This document shows, one piece after another, positions 50,175-64,000 of a DNA stretch of 64,000 nt. The DNA comes from Squalus acanthias (taxonomy: Eukaryota), in the NCBI GenBank assembly GCA_030390025.1, contig CM059432.1, positions 59,150,001 to 59,214,000 of the forward strand, read 5' to 3'. Made by a program: the position numbers and the translations under genes. The notes below the pieces were generated by a model that was not told where the DNA came from, made no database searches, and saw nothing but the letters and a program-made list of their open reading frames with translations. The stretch's first letter is position 1. Each line of letters opens with the position of its first letter.

Positions 50175-52105
50175 TAATTCATTCAAGGGATATGGGCATC
50201 GTTGCCAAGACCAGCATTTATTGCTCATCCCTAATTGCCCTTGAGAAGGTGGTGGTGAGCTGCATTCTTAACCTGGTGCAGTCCATGTGGTGAAGGTACT
50301 CCCACAGTGCTGTTAGGGAGGGAGTTCCAGGATTTTGACCCAGCAACGATGAAGGAACAGCGATATATTTCCAAGTCAGGATGGTGTGTGACTTGGAGTG
50401 GGACTTGCAGGTAGTGCTGTTCCCATGCACCTGCTGCACTTGTCCTTCTAGGTGGAAGAGGTTTGGGAGGTGCTGTTGAAAAAGCCTTGGCGAGTTGCTG
50501 CAGTGCATCTTGTAGATGGTACACACTGCAGCCACAGTACGCCGGTGGTGGAGGGAGTGAATGTTTAAGGTGGTAGATGGGGTGCCAATCAAGCGGGCTG
50601 CTTTGTCCTGGATGGTGTCGAGCTTCTTGAGTGTTGGTGGAGATGCACTCATCCAGGCAAGTAGAAAGTATTCCACCACACTCTTGGCTTGTGCCTTGTA
50701 GATGGTGGAAAGGCTTAGTGGAGTCAGGAGGTAAGACACTCGCCGCAGAATACCCAGCCTCTGACCTGCTCTGGTAGCCACAGTATTTATGTGGCTGGTC
50801 AGTTAAGTTTCTGGTCACTGGTAACCCCCAAGATGTCGATGGTGGGGGATTCGGTGATGGTAATCCCATTGAACGTCAAGGAGAGGTGGTTAGACTCTCT
50901 CTTGTTGGAGATGGTCATTGCCTCGCACTTGTGTGACACAAATGTTATTTGCCACTTAGCAGCTCAAGCCTGAATGTTGTCCAGGTCTTGCTGCATGCGG
51001 GCACGGACTGCTTTATTATCTGAGGAGATGCGAATGGAACTGAACATGGTGCAATCATCAGCGAACATCCCTACTTCTGACTTTGTGATGGAGGGAAGTT
51101 CATTGATGAAGATGGTTGGGTCTAGGACAGTGCCCTGAGGAACTCTAGCAGCAATGTACTGAGGCTGAGGTGATTGGCCTCCAACAACGACAACCATCTT
51201 CCTTTGTGCTAGGTATGACTCCAGCCAGTGAGGAGTTTTCCCCGCTTCCCATTGACTTCAATTTAATAGGACTCCTTGATGCCACACACGGTCAAATGCT
51301 GCCTTGATGTCAAGCGCAATCATTCTCACCTCACCTCTGGAATTCAGCTCTTTTGTCCATGTTTGGACCAAGGCTGTAATGAGGTCTGGAGCAGAGGGGT
51401 CCTGGCAAAACCCAAACTGAGCATAGGTGAGCAGGTTATTGGTGAGTAAGTGCCCTTGAGAGCATTGTCGAAGACACCTTCCATCACTTTGCTGATGAGT
51501 GAGAGTAGACTGATGAGGCGGTAATTGATTGGATTGGATTTGTCCTGCTTTTTGTAGACAGGACATACCTGGGCAGTTTTCCACATTGGCGGATAGATGC
51601 CAGCATTGTAGCTGTACTGGAACAGCTTGGCTAGAGGCACGGCTCATTCTGGAGCACAAGTTTTCAGCACTACAGCCGGGATGTTGTCAGGGCCAATAGC
51701 CTTTGCTGTGTCCAGTGTGCTCAGCCATTTCTTGATATCACGTGGAGCAAATCAAATTGGATGAAGACTGGCTTCTGTGATGGTGGGGACCTCAAGAGGA
51801 GGCCGAGATGGATCATCCACTCGGCACTTCTGGCTGAAGATGGTTGCAAATGCTTCAGCCTTGTCTTTTGCACTCATGTGCTGGGCTCCACCATCATTGA
51901 GGATGGAGGTATTCTTGGAGCCTCCTCCTCCCGTTAGTTGTTTAATGGTCCACCACCATTCACGACTGGATGTGGCAGGACTGCAGAGCTTTGATCTGAT
52001 CCGTTGATTGTGGGATCGCTTAGCCCTGTCTTTAGCATGCTGCTTCCGCTTTTTAGCATGCATGTAGTCCTGTGTTGTAGCTTCACCAGGTTGGCACCTC
52101 ATTTT
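50175..52105 (-). mobile_element. Family-B CR1-group LINE, decayed ORF2 RT region
   Basis: WKTAQVCPVYKKQDKSNPINYRLISLLS, ALDIKAAFDRVWH and MFADD motifs across frameshifted ORFs. Confidence 0.9.
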
Positions 52106-52732
52106 TAGTTGTGCAATATTGGGATCGGAAGTGTCCAGGAAAAGGGTGGACAGCCAACCGTGGAGGTGGAATCCCAGATTTTCTTCTCTAAAAATGTAAC
52201 AGAGGAATTGTTGTCAGCTGAGAGAAATAGGAGCGCAGCGTGACCTTTTACTTTAAACCAATAAATATAAGCACCACAGATATTCAGATGGTGAGCTTTT
52301 GGGCTGCACTTTAATATATGGCTTTTCATTGTCCTGGACTCAGAGTTACTTTCTAATCATCCACTCCAGTTTTAAAAACATGGCATATTGTGCAATAGGC
52401 TATTTAAGAGAATGCAAAATCACAGAATCTGGTTGAGAATCCAAGCTGGAGAAAAAAAAAATCCTTGCAGAATTTCTGACGAGTTGGTAAATAAGGATAT
52501 AAAATCAATCATCAAATAACCAAAGACATCACAATAAATAATGCATGACTCTTTACGCTTCACTACATTTCCATTTATTTCATGAAATGTCATGTTATTT
52601 TGCACTGAAATGCCTGACCAGCCGCACCAACACAAGACCTGCAGCAGAACTTATAAGTGACGTAAGAAAAATGCACAGCTCCAATATACTTCTCAGTTAT
52701 GCTAAGAGGAAAGCAGTCTTATAAAATATATA

Positions 52733-52896
52733 GGGGCTAAATTACACGGGGGTTCTCCCGATCATCCACTGTAACTTTGGTGGAAGATCTGCAGAAACCC
52801 CGGAGAAATGTTTAAACCGTTTCTCAGGTGTTTTGGCGGGTCTCCCACCAAGGTTACGGCGGTCGATCAGTAGAACCACCACGCAAATTCAACTCC
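52733..52896. mobile_element. Short palindromic MITE; a relative lies at about 35189-35367
   Basis: GGGGCTAAATT / AAATTCAACTCC ends with ATA on both flanks. Confidence 0.55.
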
Positions 52897-52918
52897 ATAT
52901 TTTAACGTGAACATTACT

Positions 52919-53767
52919 GGTCTGATTTTTCCCAGCTCCCTTTTGCCCTGACGCTGAACACACAGGGCGCACCCAAAATGCTTGAGCTGCGCCCGGTTTT
53001 GGTGGTCTGGACAATTAACATGCCTCAGCCTTAGGGTTGCCAAGCTTACAGGATTGTCTTGGAGTCTCCAGGAATTAAACATTAATCTCCAGGACACTGC
53101 TGCGAGCAACCCAGGAGAAAAATCATAGGGGCATTAAAAATTGTTTTTGAACACTTTCATTTATTAGTTACAAAAATATGGAGATGGGGGGGAAAAAAGG
53201 CTGCCGAGCAAGGCACTTGGAACTGGGAGGTCATGTGATGAATCCTCCAAAGTTGACCACTTTACTCCCCTCATTCTGGCACAGGCCTGCTCCCTAGCAG
53301 AGCCTTCTCCTGGGAAGCAGGGCTGGAAAGAGGAGCAGGCCTACTTGCCGGCTTCAGGATCTTCTGGTTGCTGTTCTCCAACAGCAACCTCCAGGCTTGA
53401 GTATTTACCTCTAAGTTCAACAAAAAGGTGCACTTACCCTCAGGCCTATCTTTGGGTTGATGCCAGGCCCTCTGATTGGAGGATGGTCCTTGTGCAGACC
53501 CACACCGCAAGCTTTGTGGGATGCCCCTGGGCCATACAGACAGGAATTCGGGGAAGGAGGGCCAGGAACACCCCCTTCTGCCTCATATGCATGAATGCAT
53601 TGGACCAGCACTTATTGCAGGTGCAGGACCTGCTTTGCCACTCAGGCAAACCCCCAAGAATCCCAGCACAGGGTAAAAGGGACATCGTCCTGGTAAAACA
53701 GTTCTCCACCTCCTTTTTCTGACTTTTGTGCTTGGAAATGAATAAGCTCTGTAGGAAAATCAGACCC
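52919..53767. mobile_element. MITE with GGTCTGATTTTTCC / GGAAAATCAGACC ends containing a nested TAGGGTTGCCAA-type fragment
   Basis: Inverted termini visible. The inner 53030-53260 resembles the reverse complement of about 33590-33720. Confidence 0.5.
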
Positions 53768-53883
53768 ATACTAAACAAATTCCCAAAGGTGATAAATCTA
53801 AAAGCTATCAGCTAACTAAAAGGATATATCCATCAAACTATTTTTTCAAATTTTCATCTGATTGTTACTTCTTCAGTTATCAC

Positions 53884-55895
53884 TGAGAATTAACGGGCAC
53901 TTGGAGAGGTTTAAGCTAATTAAGGAGAGCCAACACAGATGTGTAAAAGGCAGATCATGTTTGACTAATCTAATTGAATTTTTTGATGAAGTAACAGAGA
54001 GGATTAATGAAGAGAATGCAATGGATGTTGCATACATGGATTTTAGGAAGGCGTTTGACAAAGTACCACATAGAAGGCTGGTTAACTAAATTGAGTATCA
54101 TGGAATAGGTGGCTCAGTGGCAGCTTGGATAAGGAATTGGCTTAAGGACAGAAAACAGCGAGTTGTGGTAAATGGCTGTTTTTCAGACAGGAGGCTGGTA
54201 GACAGTGGTGTTCCCCAAGGGTCAGTGCTGGGGCCACTGCTTTTTTTGATATATATAAATGACCTGGATATTGGAATACAAAGTAGAATTTCTAAATTTG
54301 TCAATGACACCAAACTTGGGGGGGTGGCAAACAGTGAGGATGATACCAATCGACTGCAACAGGACATAGAAGGGCTAGCAGAATGGGCAGACAAGTGGCA
54401 GATGGAATTTAATACACAGAAGTGTGAGGCGATGCATTTTGGCAGAAGGAACAGGGAGAGGCAATATACACTTAATGGCACAGTTTTAAAGAGTGTGCAG
54501 GGACAGAGGGACCTGGGAGTTAATGTGCATAGGTCCCTGAAGGTGGCAGGGCATATTGAGAGAGTGGTTAGCATTGGGTTTCATAAATAGAGGTATTGAG
54601 TACAAAAGTAGAGAAGTTATGCTGAATCTTTATAAAGCGCTGGTTAGGCCACAACTGGAGTATTGCATCCAGTTCTGGTCACCACACATTAGGAAGGATG
54701 TGAAGGCCCTTGAGAGAGTGCAGAGGAGATTTACCAGAATGGTTCCAGGGATGGGGGATCTTAGCTACAAGGACAGGTTGGAGAAGCTGGATTTGTTTTC
54801 ATTAGAGCAAAGGAGGTTGAGGGATGATTTGATAGAGGTGTACAAGATTATGACGGGTTTGGATAGGCTAGACGGGGAAAGGCTGTTCCCACTAGTTGAT
54901 GGTACAAGGACTAGGGGACACAGATTTTAAGGTTTTGGGCAAGAGATACAGGGGGATGTGAAGAAAAACTTGTTTACACAGCGAGTGGTGAGGACCTGGA
55001 ACTCGCTGCCGACGGAAGTGGTGGAAGCGGAGACACTCGGGCCAAATTCTGTTGATTTGCGCCTCCCATTAGCGCCCTAAGTGGGCATTAACGGGGCGCA
55101 AATCAACTAGTGCCTGGGCGCGGCGCCGCTAACGCCTCCTGCGAAATTCAGCGGTAAGTTAGCGGTGGCGTTAACCGTTCGCGCCGCAGGCGATGACATC
55201 ATCGCCGTGCGCAGCGCCGTGCTCGCGCCCCTGGCTGTAATATTGGGTGGCGCCCCCCGACCTACCGCTGGACGCTATGTCCGCTGGGGTCAATGGGGCC
55301 TACCTGCGGCCAGGGCGACGCTAGTTAAAGGGGAGGTGGCGGGCGGCCATTTTTGAAGCCCCCCCGTGGGGTGATGGCTGCTCTCCGTGAGCCCGGCACT
55401 CCTCTTGAGTGCCGGGCTCGTTTGCCGGCACTCCCGATCCCTGGTGGCCCAGCTGGGCGTCGGGACATGTTGCGCCAGGCCCCTCCCCTTTAATAAGGGG
55501 AGGAAGGGCTGCAGTACCGTGGCGCTGCGGCATGTAGCACCGCGATATTGGCTCACAGCGCCCCAAGAGGGACGCGGGGCGCTTCCGGTAGCGCCCCTCC
55601 TCCCTCTCGGGGCGCTACCTGGGAAAATCGGCCGTGGGGACGCTAACTTTTTCGGGGCACTAAAATTAGCGCCCCTGGCGAAGGTAGCACCCCCACCCCC
55701 CCCCCCCAATTTTTACCCCTCAATGTTTTCAAGGGGAGACTGGATAGGCACTTGAGGGAAATAAACTTGCAGGGCTACGGGGATAGAGCGGGGAAATGGG
55801 ACTGACTGGATTGCTCTACTGAGAGCCAGCACGGACTCGATGGGCCGAATGGCCTCCTTCTGTGCCGTTATGACTCTATGACTATGACTCTATGA
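53884..55895 (+). mobile_element. CR1 LINE 3' half, interrupted by a MITE at 55039-55718
   Basis: GRSCLTNLIEFF, DFRKAFDKVPH and GVPQGSVLGP motifs, with a (CTATGA)n-type tail. Confidence 0.9.
55039..55718. mobile_element. GC-rich Harbinger-type MITE nested in CR1
   Basis: GGGCCAAATT / AATTTTTACCC ends and CTC duplication. 5' part homologous to about 41480-41650. Confidence 0.75.
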
Positions 55896-58619
55896 CCCTC
55901 TTTGCCTAAATCAGTGACTCTTGTTGAGGTAAAATTGCCTATACACTAGCAGTCCTCATGTTTCTTGCTAAGTGACCACCCTTCATGCGTGAACCTGCAT
56001 ATTGCATTTCAACAGGCTATTCCACTATCGGGTAGTGTCATATTCAAGCCCAACTTTCCTCTGTTTTATGTTTTTCCTCCACTTGCTTGTTGTTTTAATT
56101 TGAAGCTATAGTATATTCATGCCCATAGCACACCCATCAGTTAGTAAAAATGTTTCTGGAATGTGCTGCACACTCTTTCATTTCTCTCTCTCCAGAGGAG
56201 GTCAGCATAATCATCATTTCGCAAAGCTGCACAGTAAGGGTCTTGCTAAAAGCCAGGCATTTTTTAGTGTGTAAAGAACGCTGGAAAATCACAGCCTTTG
56301 CCATTGTATACATGTAATGCCACCTATAAGCTGTAGTACAAAAGCAATGCGCACATCTAAACAAACACAGACATCAGGGAATGCAAAGAGACTACACCCA
56401 GCCCAAGTAAGCATTTTCCTCTATAACAGAGTTGTGCCACTCTTTTTGCTACATATTCTTTTCCTAATAATGTGATAAATGTGGTCTAAGATACTTTGAT
56501 GTTAAATGTATAATGCACTGCAAGTTTTCTTTTTGCACATTATTCTCCACCTGAAGAAGCATTCAGCAGAATTTTCCCTATTCAAAATACTTTTCTTGTC
56601 AACCTTACTATCCCTCTATTCTTGGTGCCTGGATTCTGTGCCCCCACAACCCCCCACCCCAGCTCATATACGCATATTGGGTTACAAACATGAAGGTCCC
56701 AGGTTCATTTTCTGATCTGGGCTGTACTACGTTACCTGATCTCAGTTGGGGCAGCAGTCAGGGGAACAATTCATCTCAGCTCATGATTGCTATCTAGTGA
56801 CCACTGCTGGAAAGTGCACACGGACATTAGCCAAGGTCAGGAACAGTTCAGCCATGATGCTCCCCCTTCCCCACTCAAATAGCCTGTTTTTAATGCATAA
56901 ATAACGTACAATTAGACAAGATACTGGAGGTCACTCGGTCATACCCCAGTGTGGAAAATTGGATTTTTTAATGCATTGCTTGTGTTGGATTTTTTAAATT
57001 AGAATATTTCTATAATGCTAGATTCAGCTTATTTTTACTCAACATTAAGGCAGCAGATTGGATTAATTAATTTATGTTGGTAGAGTCATTATGTACAATC
57101 CCAAGCATTTCATGCTACTGTGCGACGACGACTCCCTGGTTCAGGCTGTTGCTCCGCCCCATTCGCACAGCAGAGGGCTTAGCCACGGAAATCAGGGGAG
57201 CCTCCTGCTCACACATCAAAGGAGCAGGCCCCGACCTCAGGGTAGTAACTGTGACCGACAGTTTGGTAGTCTAAGCTCCCATCATATCAAGTTAAGGCAG
57301 GAGGGGAGGGAAGTCCGCAGAGAATTTCTCGTTCTCTTAAAGACACAGCGTGGTCTGAGTTTTCGCAGCAGCAAGAAACTATGTTTTAAAATTATGAACC
57401 AACTTAGCTAGGAAAGCTTAGCTAGAGATGGTGAGCCCATATTCAATGAGTCAGTAAGCTACTTTTATATTGTTTTCCATAAATTAGGAGCGTAGAGAAA
57501 TGGATTGTTCTCGCCATGGAAACTATACTGTTCATTCATGTATTTTATGTAAAATAAACCAGTTGATTATCTAAAGCTGCGCCTCACCATAGTAAAGTGC
57601 GGTTTCAGTCCAACAACCTTAAAGAGAGGAGAATTTACGTGGCAGCATGGGCAATATTTCAGTCACCAGTATATGGAGCTAGGGTTCTCTGAGTCATTGT
57701 GGCACAGGCTCGTTATAACTTAAGCTGCAGGTATATGCAATATTCCATCATGTGTATCGCAGAAGACTGTTGCAAAACTTGCAGTGATATTTTTCTCACT
57801 TCTGGCAGAGAAATGGCAGGCTATTGCGGATATTGTGGTACAGTTGCTAAATCTAATTGTTAACTTTGTTTATTCGGTTGTCACAGTGACCGAGCGGCAC
57901 TCTTCTCTCAGTTCCCCAGTTCATGCAGATCAGTCTCATTTTATTCCTGCTTATTGGTATTTCTCCATTTTCCCTGAGTGTAGTGTATTGTATAGTGATG
58001 GCACCATCTCTCTTGTCTGCTCTGTTTGAATGCTAATCGGAGGATTGTGCTCAGGCTAATGTGCTTACTAATTTACCTCACAGCCAGCAACTTCAAACCC
58101 TGAAGCACCAACTAATGCCACATTCGCAGCAATTACTGTACCAGCAGTGAAATGGAGACATTTTACATCGAGCATCCAGTCAGTAATAGGCAGCCAAGCA
58201 TTTGCACTCCAGAAGGATCAGATCAAACGTTCAAAGACGTACATGGTTAAAAGGTTCTGACTACGGTGTTATGATTGTCGGCTGTTTATGTCGACATGTT
58301 ATATAATAAAAACATAAGGATCTCCAGGAATGGGAAAGGACCATTAGGCCCGACTCCTTTTTCATAAAACACTCCCACCTAACTACCTTTTTACCGTATC
58401 CCTCAATTCCTTGAATTTCCACAAATGCACTAATTGCGTCTTGAACCAATTTATAATCTCCCCTTATGTATAACTGTAGCCCGAGGCAGTCAGACTTTAG
58501 AATGTAAATGGTTAATGTCACTTTTACACTTTATTAAGGATTGCAGAATCAGTCATGCAAGATGGACAGCCACATTCTCACTGCCTGCTACCATTATTAC
58601 AAAGTTGGGGAACAACAGC

Positions 58620-60980
58620 AACATCAAAAACAACAACTTGCATTTATATAGCATTTTTAATGTAGAAAAATGTCGCAAGGTACTTTACGGAGGCATAATC
58701 AGACAAATAATGCACACCGAGATATTAAGAAGGGCGACCAAAAGCTTCGTCAAATAGGTGGCTTCAAGGAGTCTATCAACACAGAGGCGGTGGAGGGGTC
58801 GAGAGAGTTGGTGAACAGATAGCACTGGGTGTTCCCTGGTTAGGAAATTGGCTGAGCGGCAGGAGACAGAGAGTAGGGATAATGGGCAGGTAGTCTAATT
58901 GGCAGGATGTGACTGGTGGTATCCGCAAGGATCTGTGTTGGGGCCTCAACTATTCACCGTATTTATTAATGACTTAGATGATGGAATAGAAAGCCACATA
59001 TCCAAGTTTGCCGATTACACAAAGATAGGCAGCATTGTAAGCCTTGTAGATGGAAGAATAAAATTACAAAGAGATATTAATAGATTAAGCGAATGGGCAA
59101 AATCGTGGCAAATGGATTTCAATGTAGGCAAATGCGAGGTCATCCACTTTGGACCTAAAAAGGATAGAACAGAGTACTTTCAAACAGACTTGGGGGTCCA
59201 TGGATCATTAAAATGCCATGGACAGGTACAGAAAATAATCAAAAAGGCTAATGGAATGCTGGCCTTTATATCTAGAGGACTAGAATACAAGGGGGTAGAA
59301 GTTATGCTGCAGCTATACAAAACCCTGGTTAGACCACACCTGGAGTACTGTGAGCAGTTCTGGGCACCACACCTTAGGAGGGGTATATTGGCCTTGGAGG
59401 GAGTGCAGTGTTGGTTTACCAGAATGATACCTGGACTCCAAGGGTTAAATTACGAGGAGAGATTACACAAACTAGGGTTGTATTTCCTGGAATTTAGAAG
59501 GTTAAGGGGTGATTTGATCGAAGTTTTCAAGATATTAAGGGGAACTGATCGGGTAGATAGGGAGAAACTATTTTCACTGGTTGGGGAGTCTAGGACTAGG
59601 GGGCATAGTCTAAAAATTAGAGCCAGGCCTTTCAGCAGTGAAGTTAGGAAACACTTCTACACGCAAACGGGTGGTAGAAGTTTGGAATTCTCTTCTGCAA
59701 GTGGCAATTGATGCTAGATTAATTGTTAATTTTAAATCAAAGATTGATAGATTTTTGTTAACCAAAGGTATTAAGGGATATGGGCTTAAGGCGGGTATAT
59801 GGAGTTAGGTTGCAGATCAGCCATGATCTCACTGAATGGTGGAACAGGCGCGATGGCCTAAATGGCCTACTCCTGTTCCTGTGTTGTCAACATACATGTG
59901 GAAACCGAACCCCCATATCTTTGGATGGTATCTCCAAGAGGCAGCATGTAGATGAGATAGAGGAGGAGGCTAAGGATAGATCCTTGTGGGAGGCCAGAGG
60001 TAATGGTGCTGCGCTGGGAAGAGAAGCCACTGCAGGAGATGCTCTGGCTACGATTTAAAAGATAATGGAACCAAGCAAAAACAGATGCATTCAGCTGGAT
60101 GACGGAGGAGAGGTGTTGCAGGAAGATGGTGTGGTGTACCATGTCAAATGGTACAGAAAAGTCGAGGAAAGAAAATACACCACGGTCACAGAGGGTGTCA
60201 TTTGTAATTTTGATTAAGGCTGTTTCAGTGTGTGGCAGAGACGGAAACCTGATTGGAGACATTCAAACATGGAGTTGCAGGAAAGATTTTGGAGGCAACA
60301 ACACGTTCAGGGACTTGAGAGGAAAGGTTGGTCAGAGACGAGGCACTAGTTCACAAGGGCAGTGAGTCAAGCGTGGATTTTTTTTAAGAAGAGGGCTAAT
60401 GACAGCAGTTTTTAAAGGGAGGGGGATGGTAATTGAGGAGAAGGAATCTTTTACAATGTCAGCTAGCATGGGAGCCAGAAAGGGAAGTTGGGTGGTCAGT
60501 AGTTTAATAGAAATGGGGCCAAGGGAGCAGAAGGTGGGCCTCATGGACAAGATGAGCTCAGAGAGGGTATGAAGGGAGATAATAGAGATCAGGGTTCAGG
60601 GATAGGATAGTGGGGAGCCTGGGGGGAGGTTTGGCTTGATGGGCAAAGAAAAAAAGTGTGGGAAGAAACAGCAGAGGGAGCTGAATGGATGGTCTTAATC
60701 TTAGTGACAAAGAAGTCCATCAGGTCCTCGCATTTGTTAGAGGTGAGGCTGGGTGGGGGGGGGGTTGGGCAAGGGTGATTAATGGAGATGGTTGGTAGTG
60801 GAGAAAATAAAACAGGGGTTATCTTTGCACTCCACGATGATCCTGGAGTGATGCATGGTTTTAGCAGAAGAAATTGAAGCCTGATAGCACTTGATGTGGT
60901 CCAGCCAAATCTGGTGCTGGATGGCTAAACCAGTTGTGTGTCAGATATGCTCACGTCTGTGCCCCTTGGACTTCAGGGTG
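58620..60980 (-). mobile_element. Decayed L2 LINE (58620-58833 plus 59886-60980) interrupted by a CR1
   Basis: HTETALIKITND..LDFSVPFDMVHH..LPQGSILSLLL L2 motifs, and an L2 tail caacaacttgcatttatatagc. Confidence 0.75.
58834..59880 (+). mobile_element. CR1 LINE 3' fragment, same subfamily as 2066-4975
   Basis: PQGSVLGP / KFADYTK ORF, near-identical to 3895-4975. GTGTT duplication at both junctions. Confidence 0.9.
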
Positions 60981-62017
60981 AGGGATTGAATTTTTGGCCT
61001 TCCTGGGATGAGGCTGAGTACAACACTGACCAGTTCACTAGCCCACTGAGCCATCAGGGAAGCCTAATACAGTCCATTTAAACACAAACTCCATTGCAAT
61101 TACTTTGAAAGTTGCGTAATTGGCCTATTTAAATGAATCTCTGGTAGAGACACTCCATGATAGCTATAATACTCCCAGCTTAATCACCAACAGGAAAGGG
61201 CACTGCAACATAGCCAGAGACAGCAGGATTAAGGATGTTGAGAAATAATAAAATTAATTTAGTCTCAACAAAGGTGGATCTGACCTACGCGCAGACAGGA
61301 GTCTTAACAATAAACAAGCCCATTTAGTACAGAAAATTGTTAATTAGATGATTTAAATACTATTTTCATAAAATTGCCGAACTGGCAATATTTCCTATTT
61401 CTGTTAATATAGTTGGTTCCATATTATTAACAAATTCTGCCTAATAATTCAGCTAATCATAATCTCAGGAAGGAATCGCACCGTCAATAATCCAACAACT
61501 GCCAACAGCCATTGGAATTCCCCAGAGAAATTTCAAGTGCAGTCGGGTATGTTAAGGTGTTGGGAGAAATTCACTAGCCTTCTGTGTTTTGTCAGTAGAT
61601 TTACTCTTGTATTCTGTTCCCTTGGAAACCAATACTTAAAAACAAGCAGCAATATGTATGAATAGCGTATGAATCTCATTAGCAGTCAGTGAACGGTTTT
61701 CAGTAAAGAGGTGTTTTATTTGCTCTATATCTGCACTAATATCTATTGACAAAACACACAAGGCTAGTCAGTGAATGCTGCCATATTGGCTATCACTGGA
61801 GGAAAAGAATTTTTAACATAATTTGAAGGAACTTCAGAGCTAATTTGACTGTAAGAAGTTTAAAATAGGGAAGAGTAAATTACTTGGGCCACAAGCATTC
61901 GGGCGATTTTTGTTTTGAGCATTATATGGACGGGCGGTGGGCAGGGTGTATGTAGCGGCCACATGGAGGAGTCAGTATGGTACCTGTTCAATTTCAGTCC
62001 TAGGTCCTAACTAGAAT

Positions 62018-62593
62018 ATTGACTTGACTATTCCAATGCACTCCTGGCTGGCCTCCCACATTCCACCCTACGTAAACTTGAGGTCATCCAAAACTCAGCT
62101 GCCCGTGTCCTAACTCACACCAAGTCCCGTTCGCCCATCACCCCTGTGCTCGCTGACCTACATTGGCTCCCAGTTAAGCAGCGCCTCGATTTCAAAATTC
62201 TCATCCTTGTTTTCAAATCCCTCCATGGCCTCGCCCCTTCCTATCTCTCTAATCTCCTTCAGCCCCACAACCCCCCAAGATATCTGTGCTCCTCTAATTC
62301 TGCCCTCTTGACCATCCCTGATTATAATCGCTCAACCTTTGGTGGCCGTGCCTTCTGTTGCCTAGGCCCTAAGCTCTGGAATTCTCTGCCTAAACCTGTC
62401 CGCCTCACTAACTTTCTTTCCTACTTTAAGATGCTCCTTAAAACCTACCTCTTTGACGAAGCTTTTGGTCACCTGCCCTAATTTCTCCTTATGTGGATCA
62501 GTGTAAAATTTTTTGTCTTAAAATAATCCTGTGCAGCGCCTTGGAACGTTTTACTACGTTAAAGGTGCTATATAACTACAAGTTGTTGTTGTA
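62018..62593 (+). mobile_element. L2 LINE 3' end
   Basis: LADLHWLPVKQRLDFKIL..GGRAF..PKLWNSLP followed by the tail aaaggtgctatataa..(ttg)n. Confidence 0.88.
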
Positions 62594-62922
62594 GAATGTG
62601 GTCAGCAATTTGCCAGCACCAACTGTGCTCAATCAGTAGTTCACCAATCCGGAGGTGGGAAATCAGGCGGGGCCAGTGAGTGTGAAGGGCATTCAGCAGC
62701 ACCTTAAACGGCACTTTATGATTAGCCACAAGCTGCACCAGCTTCTGGCCAATCTACGAATCAAGATATCACCCTGCAGTCAAACTACATCAAATACTGA
62801 ACATTACGTACACTGATGCCACACTTGTCTTGCATCACATTGCCACTGCCTCTGGTAGCAGTATTACTACCTCCAGAGGAGTCTACACCTACCTCTTTTC
62901 CCAGGGTTTCTTTGGAAATAAT

Positions 62923-63684
62923 GGGCCAGAAATTCAGCTTTCCGGCTTCCTGCGGGTGCAAGCATCGCGCACGTACTTACCTACCGTGCCTGCTGTTGTG
63001 CTTTGGGCCCACGAGGACTTCGGCTCCTGGGCCTCCTCCAGCTGCCGGCGCGCAGTGCTTGCGTATCCCAGGGGCGCAGTTAGTTCGAAGCGTCCCCTGG
63101 GATCACGTAGGCCATGGAGAGCCAATCCTAACAGGGCATTTTCATTCATAGATTTGACAGGAAGACCTGTCAAATCTATAAATAGAGATCGGCCCCAAAA
63201 CCACACTTAAACTTCAAATAATTTTTTTTTTTTAAATCACATTTTTAAAATAACTATAAGTTACATAAATTAACTACTTTAAACAAAAATTTAAATTTTT
63301 GAAAAAATTAATACTTTTTAACGGTGCTAAAAATAAACTTACCTTTCTTTAAAGTATCTAAAAAAAGATAAACCTGTTGAAAAAATGTTTAAATTGTAAT
63401 TAATTAACCACTTACCTTGTTAAAAACGGGCCTTGCGCCTCCTTTTTAAAAGTGCAGCTTCTCCATACTTACCCTCCCAGAGAAACCTGAAAAAAAAACG
63501 AAGTTCGCTGCGTGCGCACAGCCTCTCCCGCGCACGCGTTCGACTTCTGAACCCCTCCCTTCAGAGGAACGGAAGTTCCGGTTTCCCGCGCATGCGCAGT
63601 GCATGCAGGAAACCGGCACTTCAGGTGGCCTTACGGGTGAGTACACAACGCGTACTCACCCGACAAGAGCCGAATTTCTGGCCC
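62923..63684. mobile_element. Family M MITE copy 3
   Basis: TIRs GGGCCAGAAATTC / GAATTTCTGGCCC with AAT on both flanks. Colinear with 25372-26115. Confidence 0.88.
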
Positions 63685-64000
63685 AATAGCATTAGAGTAA
63701 CAACATAAATGGTTGGTGCCAGTTCACTGTTCACTTGCTGCTCTGTATAGACCTTCCCCAGCCATTGCATACACACTGTTTGTTGTTGGTGGTGCTGTGA
63801 AATTAAACCCCACAATGTAAATTGGCTGGACTTCTATTGCAATTGGTGCTGAGTTATATTACAATTGAGTCCAAAGCCCCACAGGTCAAGCTGAAGCTAT
63901 ACAGTACTCTGGTCAGATCATACTTGGTGTGCTGCGTATAGCTCTGGACAGTGCGATAAAGGGGGCCATCCAAGAAATGTGCATTTGTTGTATGGGTTTA

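Noticed and set aside
62690..62715. Possible REST/RE1 site (CAGCACCTTAAACGGCAC)
   Set aside because: The right half-site GGACAG is poorly matched, with too many mismatches.
24614..64000. KCNQ3 exon 1 or an alternative first exon
   Set aside because: No KCNQ N-terminal/S0 peptide was recognised. The GC-rich patches here are MITEs rather than a promoter CpG island.

Overview
Vertebrate genomic DNA, most likely a shark or other cartilaginous fish, judged from SacSINE1-type Deu-domain SINEs, shark-type CR1 LINEs and Penelope-like fragments. The window lies inside a voltage-gated K+ channel gene on the minus strand, best matching KCNQ3 (Kv7.3). Three in-phase coding exons are visible: exon 2 at 24523-24613 (91 bp), exon 3 at 7020-7146 (127 bp) and exon 4 at 45-217 (173 bp), together encoding S1-S4 and the S4-S5 linker. 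Exon 1 was not found, so everything above about 24.6 kb is presumably intron 1. The introns contain a 12.2-kb 25-bp minisatellite, decayed CR1/L2-type LINEs (several nested), SINEs, two Gypsy LTR relics, a Harbinger Myb/SANT-gene relic and many Harbinger-type MITEs with 3-bp TSDs. Three observations stand out: (1) an ungapped 82-bp inverted repeat bracketing exon 2; (2) a three-copy MITE family conserving 3'ss-microexon-5'ss modules of 14 nt and 30-31 nt; (3) the minisatellite, whose sense transcript mimics the U1 snRNA 5' end while its antisense strand is an array of perfect splice donors. All repeat family names come from pattern recognition, not database searches.
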